From Xanthomonas phage RTH11, in the sequence record OQ790161.1: DNA of 40,000 bases. One strand, given 5' to 3'. The number at the start of each line of letters is the position of its first letter. The first letter of the stretch is position 1. The notes below the pieces were generated by a model. That model saw only the letters and a list, made by a program, of their open reading frames with translations. It had not been told where the DNA came from and searched no databases. This document shows, one piece after another, positions 17,907 through 27,012 of this stretch. The position numbers and the translations under genes are program-made.

Positions 17907-18902
17907 ATGTCGCAGAATCAGAACGAACTCCCGCCGAAGGGCGTACTCAAGCTGTACGGTGCAGGTGGCGCGGGCATCAACCTGGCCGGCAGCTGGAAGG
18001 GCATGCATGGCACCTCCGACGTGGGGACCGCGCTCTGCCAGCTGGTCTACGCCGATACCTCCCGCTCCAACCTGCCCGATGGCATCGATCCGGAAACGGT
18101 CTTCATCATCGATGGCGTGGACGGCTCGGGCAAGGTCCGTGCTGAAAACCACATCGAGATCTCCCGCTCCGTGCGCAGCCTGCTGCAGAAGCATGCACCG
18201 GGTGACCTGAACGTGGTGCTGTTCTCGGCCTCCGGCGGTTCCGGTTCGGTGTTCGGTCCGCTGATCATGGCTGAACTGCTGGAAGCCAAGCAGCCGGTGG
18301 TGGCACTGGTGGTCGGTTCGGAAGAATCGAACATCACCTGCAAGAACACCATGAACACGCTCAAGTCGCTGGAAGCGATCGCCAAGAAGAAGGGCGTGCC
18401 GGTGGTGATCAACTACCAGCACAACTCGCGCACCGGCAAGCGTTCGGAAGTGGATGTCCACGTGCGTTGGACGCTGTCGGCCCTGGCCATGCTGGCCAGC
18501 CGTCGCAACCGCGAACTGGACACGATGGACCTGGCCAACTTCTTCAACTTCTCCAAGGTCACCTCGGTCGAGCCGCAGCTCTCGCTGCTGCACGTCTACG
18601 ACAAGGACGAAGAAGTCGAAGCGGCAACCCTGCCGATCGCCATCGCCTCCCTGCTCAAGGACGCCGACCAGCCCACCCACTCGGTCATCCCCGAGTACAG
18701 CACCGTGGGCTACCCGCGCGAAGCCATCGACAGCTTCGATCGTCTGCACTACGTCATCACCGTGGACGGTGTGCAGGTCATCGCCAAGATGATGGGTGAT
18801 CGCCTGGACGAAGTGACCAAGGTCGCCGCCTCGCGCGTCAAGCACGACTCGATCGTGTCGGCCAACGACGCCGTCACCGACGACGGTCTGCTGATCCTGT
18901 AA
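17907..18902 (+). CDS. phuZ: PhuZ-like tubulin/FtsZ superfamily GTPase
   Basis: N-terminal KLYGAGGAGINLAGSW nucleotide-binding glycine motif, signature-like loop SASGGSGSVFGPLIMAELL, then VVALVVGSEESNITCKNTMNTLKSLEAI. Size 331 aa. Confidence 0.85.
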   Translation: MSQNQNELPPKGVLKLYGAGGAGINLAGSWKGMHGTSDVGTALCQLVYADTSRSNLPDGIDPETVFIIDGVDGSGKVRAENHIEISRSVRSLLQKHAPGDLNVVLFSASGGSGSVFGPLIMAELLEAKQPVVALVVGSEESNITCKNTMNTLKSLEAIAKKKGVPVVINYQHNSRTGKRSEVDVHVRWTLSALAMLASRRNRELDTMDLANFFNFSKVTSVEPQLSLLHVYDKDEEVEAATLPIAIASLLKDADQPTHSVIPEYSTVGYPREAIDSFDRLHYVITVDGVQVIAKMMGDRLDEVTKVAASRVKHDSIVSANDAVTDDGLLIL

Positions 18903-18913
18903 TCGGCATATCG

Positions 18914-18941
18914 CCTCTCCCCTACTTCGGTGGGGGAGAGG
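18914..18941 (+). terminator. Intrinsic terminator-like hairpin after the tubulin-like gene
   Basis: CCTCTCCCCTAC-TTCG-GTGGGGGAGAGG. Confidence 0.7.
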
Positions 18942-18972
18942 GTGTTTGTGCTTTTCTCTTCGAGGTTGCCCC

Positions 18973-19173
18973 ATGAACGACCTGTTCGTATGCGACACCT
19001 GCAATAACATCGATGCGCTGGACTTTGCGTATCCCGATGGCTACATCCCCGGTACCCCCTACGAGTGCACCCAATGTCAAACTGGTCAATGGCACGGCCT
19101 GCTGACCCAACGGGCGTACGACCCGAGCAAGGACGTGGTGGTCAACCGCCCATCCGGCGTCGGCCTGAGCTGA
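18973..19173 (+). CDS. Small zinc-ribbon-like protein (66 aa)
   Basis: MNDLFVCDTCNNIDALDF...YECTQCQTGQWHG: two CxxC pairs. Confidence 0.6.
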   Translation: MNDLFVCDTCNNIDALDFAYPDGYIPGTPYECTQCQTGQWHGLLTQRAYDPSKDVVVNRPSGVGLS

Positions 19174-19175
19174 GT

Positions 19176-19649
19176 CTGGTTGTTAACCTCAATCCCGAAT
19201 CGTCGATCAACCAGCGTGAACAAACCATCCTCCACACCTTCGGGGTGGACGGACATTGGTTCTTCACTTTCATCGTCGATGTCCTCATCAAAGGGATTGT
19301 GGATCCGTTGGCACCGCGCTATCTGCGCGATGTCCAACTGAGTTCGGTTGCGCTGTACATGGAAGACCAACTCCATCAGCGACTACTCAGTTGTGTTGAA
19401 GCAGAAGGCTACGACGACGACCGCATGACGTGGTTTGATGCCGTGGCTACGGAAGAGATCCCCAGCCTACTCGGTGTTGCCGAAAAGGTCTTGGGGGAAA
19501 TGCTCGATGTCTTGAGCAACATGGAGGCTCCGGCCTATTGTGTCCATCGGCGACTGGATAAGTACCTGATGGGTTACTCCACCTTCGGCAATCACGCCGG
19601 CTACCTCCACTTCTACTTTAGCGAAAATGCAGATAACCATTCACTATGA
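19176..19649 (+). CDS. Hypothetical small protein; start codon uncertain
   Basis: Open frame ...SLVVNLNPESSINQREQTILHTFGVDGHWFFTFIVDVLIKG...; no clear ATG near the expected start. Confidence 0.5.
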   Translation: MVVNLNPESSINQREQTILHTFGVDGHWFFTFIVDVLIKGIVDPLAPRYLRDVQLSSVALYMEDQLHQRLLSCVEAEGYDDDRMTWFDAVATEEIPSLLGVAEKVLGEMLDVLSNMEAPAYCVHRRLDKYLMGYSTFGNHAGYLHFYFSENADNHSL

Positions 19650-20061
19650 CGTGGCTGAGATCTACACGCCTGACGACCTTAAGTTGTTATCGCAACTGTC
19701 GTTGGACATGAAAGACCTCACCGATCACGTTCTCACCCACTGGGTCATCTACCGTCATGGCGACATCACGGAGATGTATGAAACCCTGATCGATGCTGCC
19801 TACGAACACATTCACCACAAGTTCGGCGACACCGATGCAGGAATTCACGCCCATCAGGTACTGGCCAATGGCGCAGACCAGTTGGTGCAGATGACGGACA
19901 TGCTCGCCCAGTACTTGGCAAGGATGCTCGTGAACATGCCCGATGAGATCAGTCGGGGCCGGATGAGCGAAGATCACTACCATTTTCTCAGAGTGGATAG
20001 GATCAGCCTCACCGGACGCTTTGCCGTCTTGCGAACGGACACCATCGACCTCTACGGCTGA
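19627..20061 (+). CDS. Hypothetical small protein (144 aa)
   Basis: ORF MQITIHYDVAEIYTPDDLKLLSQLSLDMKDLTDHV... Confidence 0.55.
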   Translation: MQITIHYDVAEIYTPDDLKLLSQLSLDMKDLTDHVLTHWVIYRHGDITEMYETLIDAAYEHIHHKFGDTDAGIHAHQVLANGADQLVQMTDMLAQYLARMLVNMPDEISRGRMSEDHYHFLRVDRISLTGRFAVLRTDTIDLYG

Positions 20062-20203
20062 CCTCGCGTCAGCCGGTATGTGCCGTCAAACCGCGTAGAT
20101 CGCTCACAGAGCGCCTTACGTTTAAACCTACATAACTCGGTAATCTAGTGAGGGAAACGGGCCTGTGGCGCCGCTGAGGCCCTTTCTGATTGAGTGACAT
20201 TCC

Positions 20204-20593
20204 ATGACCCCCAAAGCAAAAACGTTCTACAGCCAGTTTGTGTTTTCCCTTGCACCGATCTTGCCGGACCTCGAAGCCGATGTGAGAAGATTGCAGCGGG
20301 AGCTGGCGGAACAGGGACACTCATTCTCACATGAGGACCTGATCGCCACGTGGGTGATGTTTCAGTTGGAGCGCCATCTGCACCTGACGTTGGAGTTCTC
20401 CGACCAAAGGTCGATGGCTCAACGATTGGCCTGGGCACTCGATGAACCCTTCTTCCACAATCACGCCGTCCCCCGCGATCTGCTCATCAGTCAGATCTTG
20501 CCGCTGCTAACGCATCGGGAGACCGTACCTTACACCGATCGCATTTGTAGAGTCAGCACCCGCCTGCCGGATCTGCATGTGCGTTTTCTCTGA
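20204..20593 (+). CDS. Hypothetical small protein (129 aa)
   Basis: ORF MTPKAKTFYSQFVFSLAPILPDLEADVRRLQRELAEQG... Confidence 0.55.
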   Translation: MTPKAKTFYSQFVFSLAPILPDLEADVRRLQRELAEQGHSFSHEDLIATWVMFQLERHLHLTLEFSDQRSMAQRLAWALDEPFFHNHAVPRDLLISQILPLLTHRETVPYTDRICRVSTRLPDLHVRFL

Positions 20594-20607
20594 GAGCTGA
20601 AGTCGAA

Positions 20608-21345
20608 ATGAAAAACATTTCCGTGGGCACCGTGGTAGTACTACCCGCACATGTCATGGTGTTGGAAATCATCGAACGCATGAACGAGTTTGCCCAACTC
20701 CCCGGTAACGAGATCTTCGCCGAGGCGTTGGCTTACCGTTACATGCCCGGTCGAACCCATACTGGCATCAGTCGCCTGCCCGTGGCCGATCTGGTGGTGG
20801 CCATGTACCTGGACATGCTGTGCAACTACTGCCAGTGGAACATCTCTGGTCCAAACGATCAGTACACCGAAGAGCAGTGGCGCAAGATGGTTCCGCGTTG
20901 GAAGGACGTCACGCGTGAGCAGGAGATCGCCATGTTCAACGCAGTGGTTCAGCCGGCGTATGAAGTCATCGGCGATTGGGCAGAGCAGTTCAAGACCACG
21001 GCCGATGGTTGGCATGTGTGGGGTGCCCGCCGTGTGGGTCTGGATGTCATCATCGAAAAGGGTGAGGACTACCGGATCTTGGATTGGAACCGTCGCATGG
21101 AACTGGCCAAGGAATACGTCGACGCCGAGTCCAAGGACGAACCCCTGCCACCCGAAGCGTGGGTCCCCGATCACGAAGCCCGTCGCTTCGTCGAGCTGCT
21201 GCGTCAGCAGATGCGCGAACCCAGTCCGCTGGGTAAGATGGCCATCGAGAACCACGACAAGGAACTGGCCCGCCGCAAGGCGCAGGCCAAGCCCAACCGC
21301 AAGCAGCGCGGCCGGCAGTACAGCAACAATAGCGGCACGCTGTGA
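20608..21345 (+). CDS. Hypothetical protein (245 aa)
   Basis: ORF MKNISVGTVVVLPAHVMVLEIIERMNEFAQLPGNEIFAEALAYRY... Confidence 0.6.
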   Translation: MKNISVGTVVVLPAHVMVLEIIERMNEFAQLPGNEIFAEALAYRYMPGRTHTGISRLPVADLVVAMYLDMLCNYCQWNISGPNDQYTEEQWRKMVPRWKDVTREQEIAMFNAVVQPAYEVIGDWAEQFKTTADGWHVWGARRVGLDVIIEKGEDYRILDWNRRMELAKEYVDAESKDEPLPPEAWVPDHEARRFVELLRQQMREPSPLGKMAIENHDKELARRKAQAKPNRKQRGRQYSNNSGTL

Positions 21346-21740
21346 GTAGGGCCGCCCCGAGCTCACGTGTGGTGTTCATTGGCGGCCGTACATTGACGGA
21401 GCTCATCCGTGGAACGCTGGAAAAGCACATCGGTCATGTAGCTGACATTATCGATGCGCAGAAGATCGTGGAGTCATTACTGGAAGAGTTCTTCTACGGA
21501 GGGAGCTTGCAAGATGACTTCTACGAACAGCTGGCTGCTTATCGAGCCACCACCCACGAGATTGAATACGCACGCAAGGAGATCCTCGCTTCGATCTCCC
21601 AGCAGGTCCAGAGTGCCATCGGCATTATCTGGCCATCCAACCACTACTCTTTCGAGTTCATTGCCGGTGGTGATCTGCGGATCACCGAAACCCGTCCGAC
21701 GCCGGTGTTCAAACCGAGTCGTCTACAACTGGTAGGCTAA
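21342..21740 (+). CDS. Hypothetical small protein (132 aa)
   Basis: ORF MSRAAPSSRVVFIGGRTLTELIRGTLEKHIGHVADII..., 4-bp overlap with previous gene. Confidence 0.55.
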   Translation: MSRAAPSSRVVFIGGRTLTELIRGTLEKHIGHVADIIDAQKIVESLLEEFFYGGSLQDDFYEQLAAYRATTHEIEYARKEILASISQQVQSAIGIIWPSNHYSFEFIAGGDLRITETRPTPVFKPSRLQLVG

Positions 21741-21742
21741 CC

Positions 21743-22198
21743 ATGCTCATCGTCATCGCCATCCAAGACATTTGGAAGCGCTTTGGTGAAGATAGCCAGG
21801 CATTGCAGAACATCGGGTTGCAGGTCGAGGACGTTGTCAAGCTGGCCTACGGGTACGCTTGTCTGACCAATCGACCCTACGCCCATGAAGCGATGATCCC
21901 GGTCAGTGCCAACATCTTTACTGCCGTGCGTGACTTACTTGTCGACCGATTGCCCTTTGACGACCGGCTGCCGTTCACCCGGCAGTCGGGTTATGGCGTC
22001 AATGACCAAGTCGTTCATCGGGTGGTTGACATAGTAGGTGAAATTTCACAGATGCTGTCCGATGCTGTAATCAGGCAAGTAGGTCACTTCCCCGCCGGGT
22101 TGATCTTGCAACGTCTGATGGGTCCAGATCTGGTACTTTACTACAACACTGAGGATTCACGTGTACCTCATCCTTTCGCCGAAAGTCGAACCAGCTGA
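21743..22198 (+). CDS. Hypothetical small protein (151 aa)
   Basis: ORF MLIVIAIQDIWKRFGEDSQALQNIGLQVEDVVKLAYGYACL... Confidence 0.55.
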   Translation: MLIVIAIQDIWKRFGEDSQALQNIGLQVEDVVKLAYGYACLTNRPYAHEAMIPVSANIFTAVRDLLVDRLPFDDRLPFTRQSGYGVNDQVVHRVVDIVGEISQMLSDAVIRQVGHFPAGLILQRLMGPDLVLYYNTEDSRVPHPFAESRTS

Positions 22199-22556
22199 CC
22201 TGCGCAGCGGGGACGATACGCTGGAAGACCTGCCAGTCGACTACACCGACCTGTTGCAGTTTACCCTCCAGCACTGGCCATTGCTGGATGGAGGGGTCCT
22301 CTCCATGGAAGAACTCAGGGCCGCTGCTGAAGCCCACCTGAGCCAGCCCTATTTCCTCACCAAGCTCCATGACTACCACCACATGCAGGAAGTAGTCAAT
22401 GCGGTGGTGAACGCCGTACAAGTGTTCTACGACAGTCTCAGCGGACAGCTCACCCCTTTGATTGAACCCTTCGGTCTGGACGTCACGATCCGACTGACCC
22501 GCTACATGCACAAAGACCTGGTGATTCGGGTGGAGAAACCTTACTATGGACCATAA
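22161..22556 (+). CDS. Hypothetical small protein (131 aa)
   Basis: ORF MYLILSPKVEPADLRSGDDTLEDLPVDYTDLLQFTLQHW... Confidence 0.55.
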   Translation: MYLILSPKVEPADLRSGDDTLEDLPVDYTDLLQFTLQHWPLLDGGVLSMEELRAAAEAHLSQPYFLTKLHDYHHMQEVVNAVVNAVQVFYDSLSGQLTPLIEPFGLDVTIRLTRYMHKDLVIRVEKPYYGP

Positions 22557-23196
22557 AGGCTACATCAATCTGGTCCTCCCCGGTCATGGATTGATCTTGG
22601 ACTACGGCCCGACGGATAATCTCCTGCGCACCATGGGTACCTCAGTCAAAGAGATGATTGAGATGTTCATCGCCGCGTGGGCAGAGTACAAGTCCGTTGA
22701 CATGCATTACACCTGCAACAACGGCCCCCTCAATCTGGACGAAGACTGGGGTCCTGGCTTTACGCAGTTGCGCACCCATGCCCATTGGATGGTCATGGAC
22801 ATTGTGTTCGAGAACGCGTTCATGCGTTTTGAGCGCGGTGAGATTGAGAAGATGAGCAAGCAGGACATGCGCGATGCTGAATCGATCATGCTCTCGCTGT
22901 GGGATTCGCTGAGTTCCTACATCTTCGAACTGCTCATCGAAATGGGTGCACACGAAGGACAGATCTCCCTCCTGCGCTTTGTGCGCTGGATCGGCGATGA
23001 CTTCATCATCAGTCTGCCCCGACGCACCACCGCCATCGCTCTCAAGCAACAGATCGAGTTCGATAAGCGCCAGAAGGAATTCCAAGCATCGCTGGATGAG
23101 TCCCGCCAAGAGGAGAAACAGTTTGTCCAGAATCTACGTGACCGGTCCCCGCTTTGTTACTACCGCAGTGATCGGGTCAACGACCTGTCTGAATGA
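22546..23196 (+). CDS. Hypothetical protein (216 aa)
   Basis: ORF MDHKGYINLVLPGHGLILDYGPTDNLLRTMGTSVKEMIEMF... Confidence 0.6.
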   Translation: MDHKGYINLVLPGHGLILDYGPTDNLLRTMGTSVKEMIEMFIAAWAEYKSVDMHYTCNNGPLNLDEDWGPGFTQLRTHAHWMVMDIVFENAFMRFERGEIEKMSKQDMRDAESIMLSLWDSLSSYIFELLIEMGAHEGQISLLRFVRWIGDDFIISLPRRTTAIALKQQIEFDKRQKEFQASLDESRQEEKQFVQNLRDRSPLCYYRSDRVNDLSE

Positions 23197-23596
23197 CTAC
23201 CCCGGACTGAAGGCCGAAGAGTTCTTCGGCCGTACGTACTCGCTGACCATCGTGGGCAACATCTTGTTTGAGTTGATGATGTCCTCCAATGGCGAGACGT
23301 TCTCCGGTCGTGAGTTGGTTCAGCACGTGGAGGCGGAGATCCTGTCCACCTACAAGGTGGCCACCGTCTACAACCCCAAGACCGACTGCCATGAGCTGGT
23401 CACCGAGCCCAATGCGTACTTCCAGTCCGAAGCGGGCGAAGCGCTGCTGACGGCCCTGTACCAAGCCATGCTGGATCAGTTCTGGCCTCTGCTGGCCACC
23501 AACCTTGTTGCCCGCAGGTCGGCCATGCTCAGGCGCATCAATTACCACCAGATGGAAATCAGCATGAACCGCTTGGAGTACAGCGATGGCAGCTAA
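23193..23596 (+). CDS. Hypothetical small protein, probable frameshift just after the start
   Basis: ATG at 23193 overlaps the previous TGA but hits a stop after MTTPD; adding one C to the C4 run gives MTTPGLKAEEFFGRTYSLTIVGNILFELMMSSNGETF... continuous with the open frame to 23596. Confidence 0.5.
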
Positions 23597-23957
23597 GGTT
23601 GTCGTACTGCACGGAGGCCCCTCGTTCGAAAGAGCGCGGGGCCTCCTCAATGGGATGGTTAATTTTCCGGATCTCGACAGCTTTGGCCAAGTCATGGTCG
23701 AGTTGATGATCAATGGCGTTGGCCTGTCCCCTCAGCAACAAGAGCAACATCTGGAACGCTACCTTCAGCGGTTTGAGTTGCCCGGTGAAACCGAAGATGA
23801 TCGCGGCTTTGATCGGCGCGTCATGCTGGAAGCTCTCCACTTCGCCGCCCGGCAATTCCGGGTCGCCTGGGACACCCAAGTCCCGCCGGATCTGAGGATC
23901 GAAGATTACCAGTTCAGCCGTTGGCTGAATATGGATCTGATGTTGCAAAGACGCTAG
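23589..23957 (+). CDS. Hypothetical small protein
   Basis: Frame MAAKVVVLHGGPSFERARGLLNGMVNFPDLDSFGQVMVELM..., overlapping the previous stop (ORF track start 23586). Confidence 0.5.
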   Translation, partial: AAKVVVLHGGPSFERARGLLNGMVNFPDLDSFGQVMVELMINGVGLSPQQQEQHLERYLQRFELPGETEDDRGFDRRVMLEALHFAARQFRVAWDTQVPPDLRIEDYQFSRWLNMDLMLQRR

Positions 23958-23990
23958 TCTATGACCCTTCTTTTTTTGTAGGCTTCCGTC

Positions 23991-24401
23991 ATGCTCAATA
24001 CCAGTTCGATCGTGATCGACAGCACCGTCTCGTTCGATCTCTACCCGGCAGCGTACTTGCAGTCCAAGGTAACCAATGCCAAGGTCGTGGGTATCGTCAG
24101 TGCCCGTATGGCCATGCAGTTGGGTTTCGATGCCCCGGCCATGCACGTCACCGTGTACCCCACCCTGCCGCCGGGTACTCCCAACGGCTACGACAAGTAC
24201 CAGTACATCTACGTCAAGCTGCCCTCCGGTGAACACACCTTCTACGGCGTGCCGTGGATCAAGGAGTCCACCTTCAAGGAGGAGATGGTTCGCACCGTCG
24301 CCTTGTACTTGGAGAACATCTCGCCCGAACAACAGAACCGTGCGATCCAAGCCCTGTCGGCCATCGGTCTGACCGTGGCCAAGGTCGAAGAGCAGTCCTA
24401 A
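23991..24401 (+). CDS. Hypothetical small protein (136 aa)
   Basis: ORF MLNTSSIVIDSTVSFDLYPAAYLQSKVTNAKVVGIVSARMAMQLGF... Confidence 0.6.
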   Translation: MLNTSSIVIDSTVSFDLYPAAYLQSKVTNAKVVGIVSARMAMQLGFDAPAMHVTVYPTLPPGTPNGYDKYQYIYVKLPSGEHTFYGVPWIKESTFKEEMVRTVALYLENISPEQQNRAIQALSAIGLTVAKVEEQS

Positions 24402-24566
24402 AAGAGCACTCGGTCTTCACGTCCTAGTTTTTTCTTATCAGACTGCTACTATGTTGTAGACGACACCGGCGGATGGCGTCTAACACCCCTAACGACAGCC
24501 CGATGCACTGTTATGGTTCTCGATTTCCCAGACAGTGTTAAGGGATTCAGCCTGTAGGTAGGGATA

Positions 24567-24586
24567 GTGACACCAATTGGTGTCAC
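24567..24586. repeat. Perfect 20-bp palindrome GTGACACCAATTGGTGTCAC
   Basis: Read directly from sequence. Confidence 0.9.
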
Positions 24587-24649
24587 CACGGCCAGCGAGC
24601 GCTCGCTTGCTTTGGACTAGCAAGCTTGATGCGCTTCGGAAGTGGAAGA

Positions 24650-24676
24650 GGGGCTCCATGAGGAGCCCCTTCTTTT
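24650..24676 (+). terminator. Strong intrinsic terminator
   Basis: GGGGCTCC-ATGA-GGAGCCCC followed by TTCTTTTT. Confidence 0.85.
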
Positions 24677-24744
24677 TATGCCGTCAAGTGGGTGTGGGTT
24701 TTTATGCAACCGCCCCAGCATATGCACGGTAGAAGAGAAACCAC

Positions 24745-26949
24745 ATGCACCATTTCGTAAATCCTCCGGAGACCTACGTCCGGAAAGTTGATGTACAGAA
24801 AACCTACTTGGACGATGCCGCCCTCTTCGTTTCCAAGATGCGCAGGATCTCGTTGGAGCAAGCCCGGCAGTTCGTGCTGAACACGACCGCCCCCTCCGGC
24901 AGCTTGCCGATGAAAGACCCCAACACCATGGTTCTGGTCCGTCAGCCCAATGGCGACCGGGAACAGCGACAGATGCGGTTCTCCGAATTCCTTCGTTCGG
25001 TTTACGATGGTCGGCAGATGCTCTCGCCTTCGATGACAGCGTATATCCATCCGGACGACAAGAAGTCGCTGCTGGCGATCTACATTGACAAGAACTTGGA
25101 TCGACGCAAGAAAGCCAAGGCTGAGATGTTTGCAGCCAAGATGGCCGGCGACGAGGCGATGGCCAACATCGGCAACTCCAAGCAGACCACGTTCAAGATC
25201 AAGAACAACTCCCTGTCCGGTGCGCACAGCTCGCCGTACACGATCCTGTGGAACAAGTCCAGCCACTCCACGCTGACCTCGACCTGTCGTGTGGCCACCT
25301 CGTATGGCAACACCAACAACGAGAAGTTCCTGTACGGCAACCGGCATTACTGGTGCCCGGACATCGCCCGCAACAACATCATCTCGATCATCAACCACAC
25401 CGACCTGGAGAACATGGCGCGTGTGATGGCCAAGTTCGAACTGCAACCACCCACGGTCGCTGATACGATGGAGATGCTGCACCGGTGCTGTGACAACTAC
25501 TGGCGCGATGCAGATGAAACCGAGAACCTGCACCAGTTGGTGCTGTCGCTGACGGACGTGGAACGTGCCGCTGTGATGTTCACCTCGGACCTGTATCACC
25601 TGTCCAAGTCCAACGATGCATTCGTGCGTGAATTCCTGCGTCGCCTGTCCCACCATCCGGCCCAACCACAATCGGTTGAAGAAGCCAAGGGTTGGATCAA
25701 GCGCATGGACGGTAACCTCGAAGCGTTCGTGTTCATGCTCTGCTCCAAAGAACTGGCCGGCGGTACGCTTAAGGACGCCAACGGCGACAAGACCAACATC
25801 CCGCTGGATGTGGCCCGTCCGGAAGACTACGGTCGTCTGGGTGCTGCTGCCAAGAGCGTGATCGATACGCTGGACCATTACGAAGAGTTCATTCGCTGCT
25901 TCTGGGTGAGCAACAACCTGCCCGCCTCGATCTTCCATGCGCCGGGTATCCTGCGCCGATCGGCTGTGACCTCTGATACCGACTCGACCATCTTCACCGT
26001 CCAGCATTGGACGATTTGGTACCGTGGCCAATTGGACTTCACCAAGGAGTCTGAAGACATCGCCTCGACCACTGTGTATTTGGCCGGTCAGCTGATTCGC
26101 CACATCCTGGCCACCACCTCCGGTGCCATGGGCGTTGCCAAGCAGTACGTCAACAAGCTTTCGATGAAGAACGAATACTACTTCCCGGTATTCAGCCTGA
26201 CCTCGAGAGCCAAGCACTATTACGCCTACCAAGCCGCGCAGGAAGGCAACGTGCTCAAAGAGCTGGAACTGGAGATCAAGGGCGTGGCCCTGCGTAACTC
26301 CAACATTCCACCTGACATTACCGGTAAGGCCCATGCACTGATTCGTCATGTCATGGACACCGTGATGGCCGGTAAGAAGCTCAATGCGTCCCAAGTCCTG
26401 CGTTATGTAGCCAAGGTCGAAGATGACATTCGACAGGGCGTGCTGAGCGGCTCCTACAGCCTGCTGGGCAAGATGCAGATCAAGGGCCGGGATGCATACA
26501 AGAATCCGGAGTCTTCCAACTTCCTCCACTACGACATGTGGGAATCGGTCTTTGCCGACACCTACGGTCATGCACCGCCTCCACCGTACGTGGCCGTCAA
26601 GGTCCCGGTCGATCTGGAGCGCAAGCAAGACATGGAGAAGTGGCTCAAGGGCATGGAGAACCAAGCCATTGCCGATCGTCTGCGTACGTGGCTGGAAGCC
26701 AACAACAAGACGACCATGGCCATCATGATGTTGCCTGAGCAGGTACTGGCATTGACGGGTATCCCCAAGGAGATCGTCGCCGCTGTGGACATTCGCCCGC
26801 TGATCATTCAGACGGTCGAAGCGTTCTACCTGATCTTGGAGTCGCTGGGCATCTTCATGAAGAACAAGGACCAAACCCGTCTGGTATCGGATGAGGAATG
26901 GTTACTGGCCGAAGATTGGCCGTTGGGTGAATTGCTGATTGCAAGCTAA
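24745..26949 (+). CDS. Divergent B-family-like DNA polymerase (palm/thumb portion)
   Basis: Motif B-like FKIKNNSLSGAHSS (Kx3NSLxG) and motif C-like SDTDSTIFTV; 734 aa. No recognisable exonuclease motifs or motif A seen upstream of motif B. Confidence 0.75.
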   Translation: MHHFVNPPETYVRKVDVQKTYLDDAALFVSKMRRISLEQARQFVLNTTAPSGSLPMKDPNTMVLVRQPNGDREQRQMRFSEFLRSVYDGRQMLSPSMTAYIHPDDKKSLLAIYIDKNLDRRKKAKAEMFAAKMAGDEAMANIGNSKQTTFKIKNNSLSGAHSSPYTILWNKSSHSTLTSTCRVATSYGNTNNEKFLYGNRHYWCPDIARNNIISIINHTDLENMARVMAKFELQPPTVADTMEMLHRCCDNYWRDADETENLHQLVLSLTDVERAAVMFTSDLYHLSKSNDAFVREFLRRLSHHPAQPQSVEEAKGWIKRMDGNLEAFVFMLCSKELAGGTLKDANGDKTNIPLDVARPEDYGRLGAAAKSVIDTLDHYEEFIRCFWVSNNLPASIFHAPGILRRSAVTSDTDSTIFTVQHWTIWYRGQLDFTKESEDIASTTVYLAGQLIRHILATTSGAMGVAKQYVNKLSMKNEYYFPVFSLTSRAKHYYAYQAAQEGNVLKELELEIKGVALRNSNIPPDITGKAHALIRHVMDTVMAGKKLNASQVLRYVAKVEDDIRQGVLSGSYSLLGKMQIKGRDAYKNPESSNFLHYDMWESVFADTYGHAPPPPYVAVKVPVDLERKQDMEKWLKGMENQAIADRLRTWLEANNKTTMAIMMLPEQVLALTGIPKEIVAAVDIRPLIIQTVEAFYLILESLGIFMKNKDQTRLVSDEEWLLAEDWPLGELLIAS

Positions 26950-26970
26950 ACATCGACTATCGGGCATAAG

Positions 26971-27006
26971 CCCTCCACCACTTCCTTAACCGGAGGTGGT
27001 GGAGGG
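26971..27006. terminator. Hairpin between convergent genes
   Basis: CCCTCCACCAC ... GTGGTGGAGGG, perfect 11-bp stem, 14-nt loop. Confidence 0.6.
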
Positions 27007-27012
27007 TGCTGC

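Larger units (their letters stand above)
24455..24680 (+). ncRNA. Candidate structured RNA or leader upstream of the DNA polymerase gene
   Basis: Non-coding segment with nested helix CCCTAA/CACTGT...ACAGTG/TTAAGGG, perfect 20-bp palindrome, AGCGAGCGCTCGCT palindrome and a terminator. Identity unknown. Confidence 0.4.

Noticed and set aside
24455-24680. tRNA or tmRNA in the pre-polymerase gap
   Set aside because: No acceptor/anticodon/T-arm arrangement found; GGTTCTCGATTTCCC only superficially resembles a T-arm.
24676-26874. 732-aa antisense ORF over the polymerase gene
   Set aside because: Shadow ORF: composition matches other antisense frames, and the sense frame has polymerase motifs.
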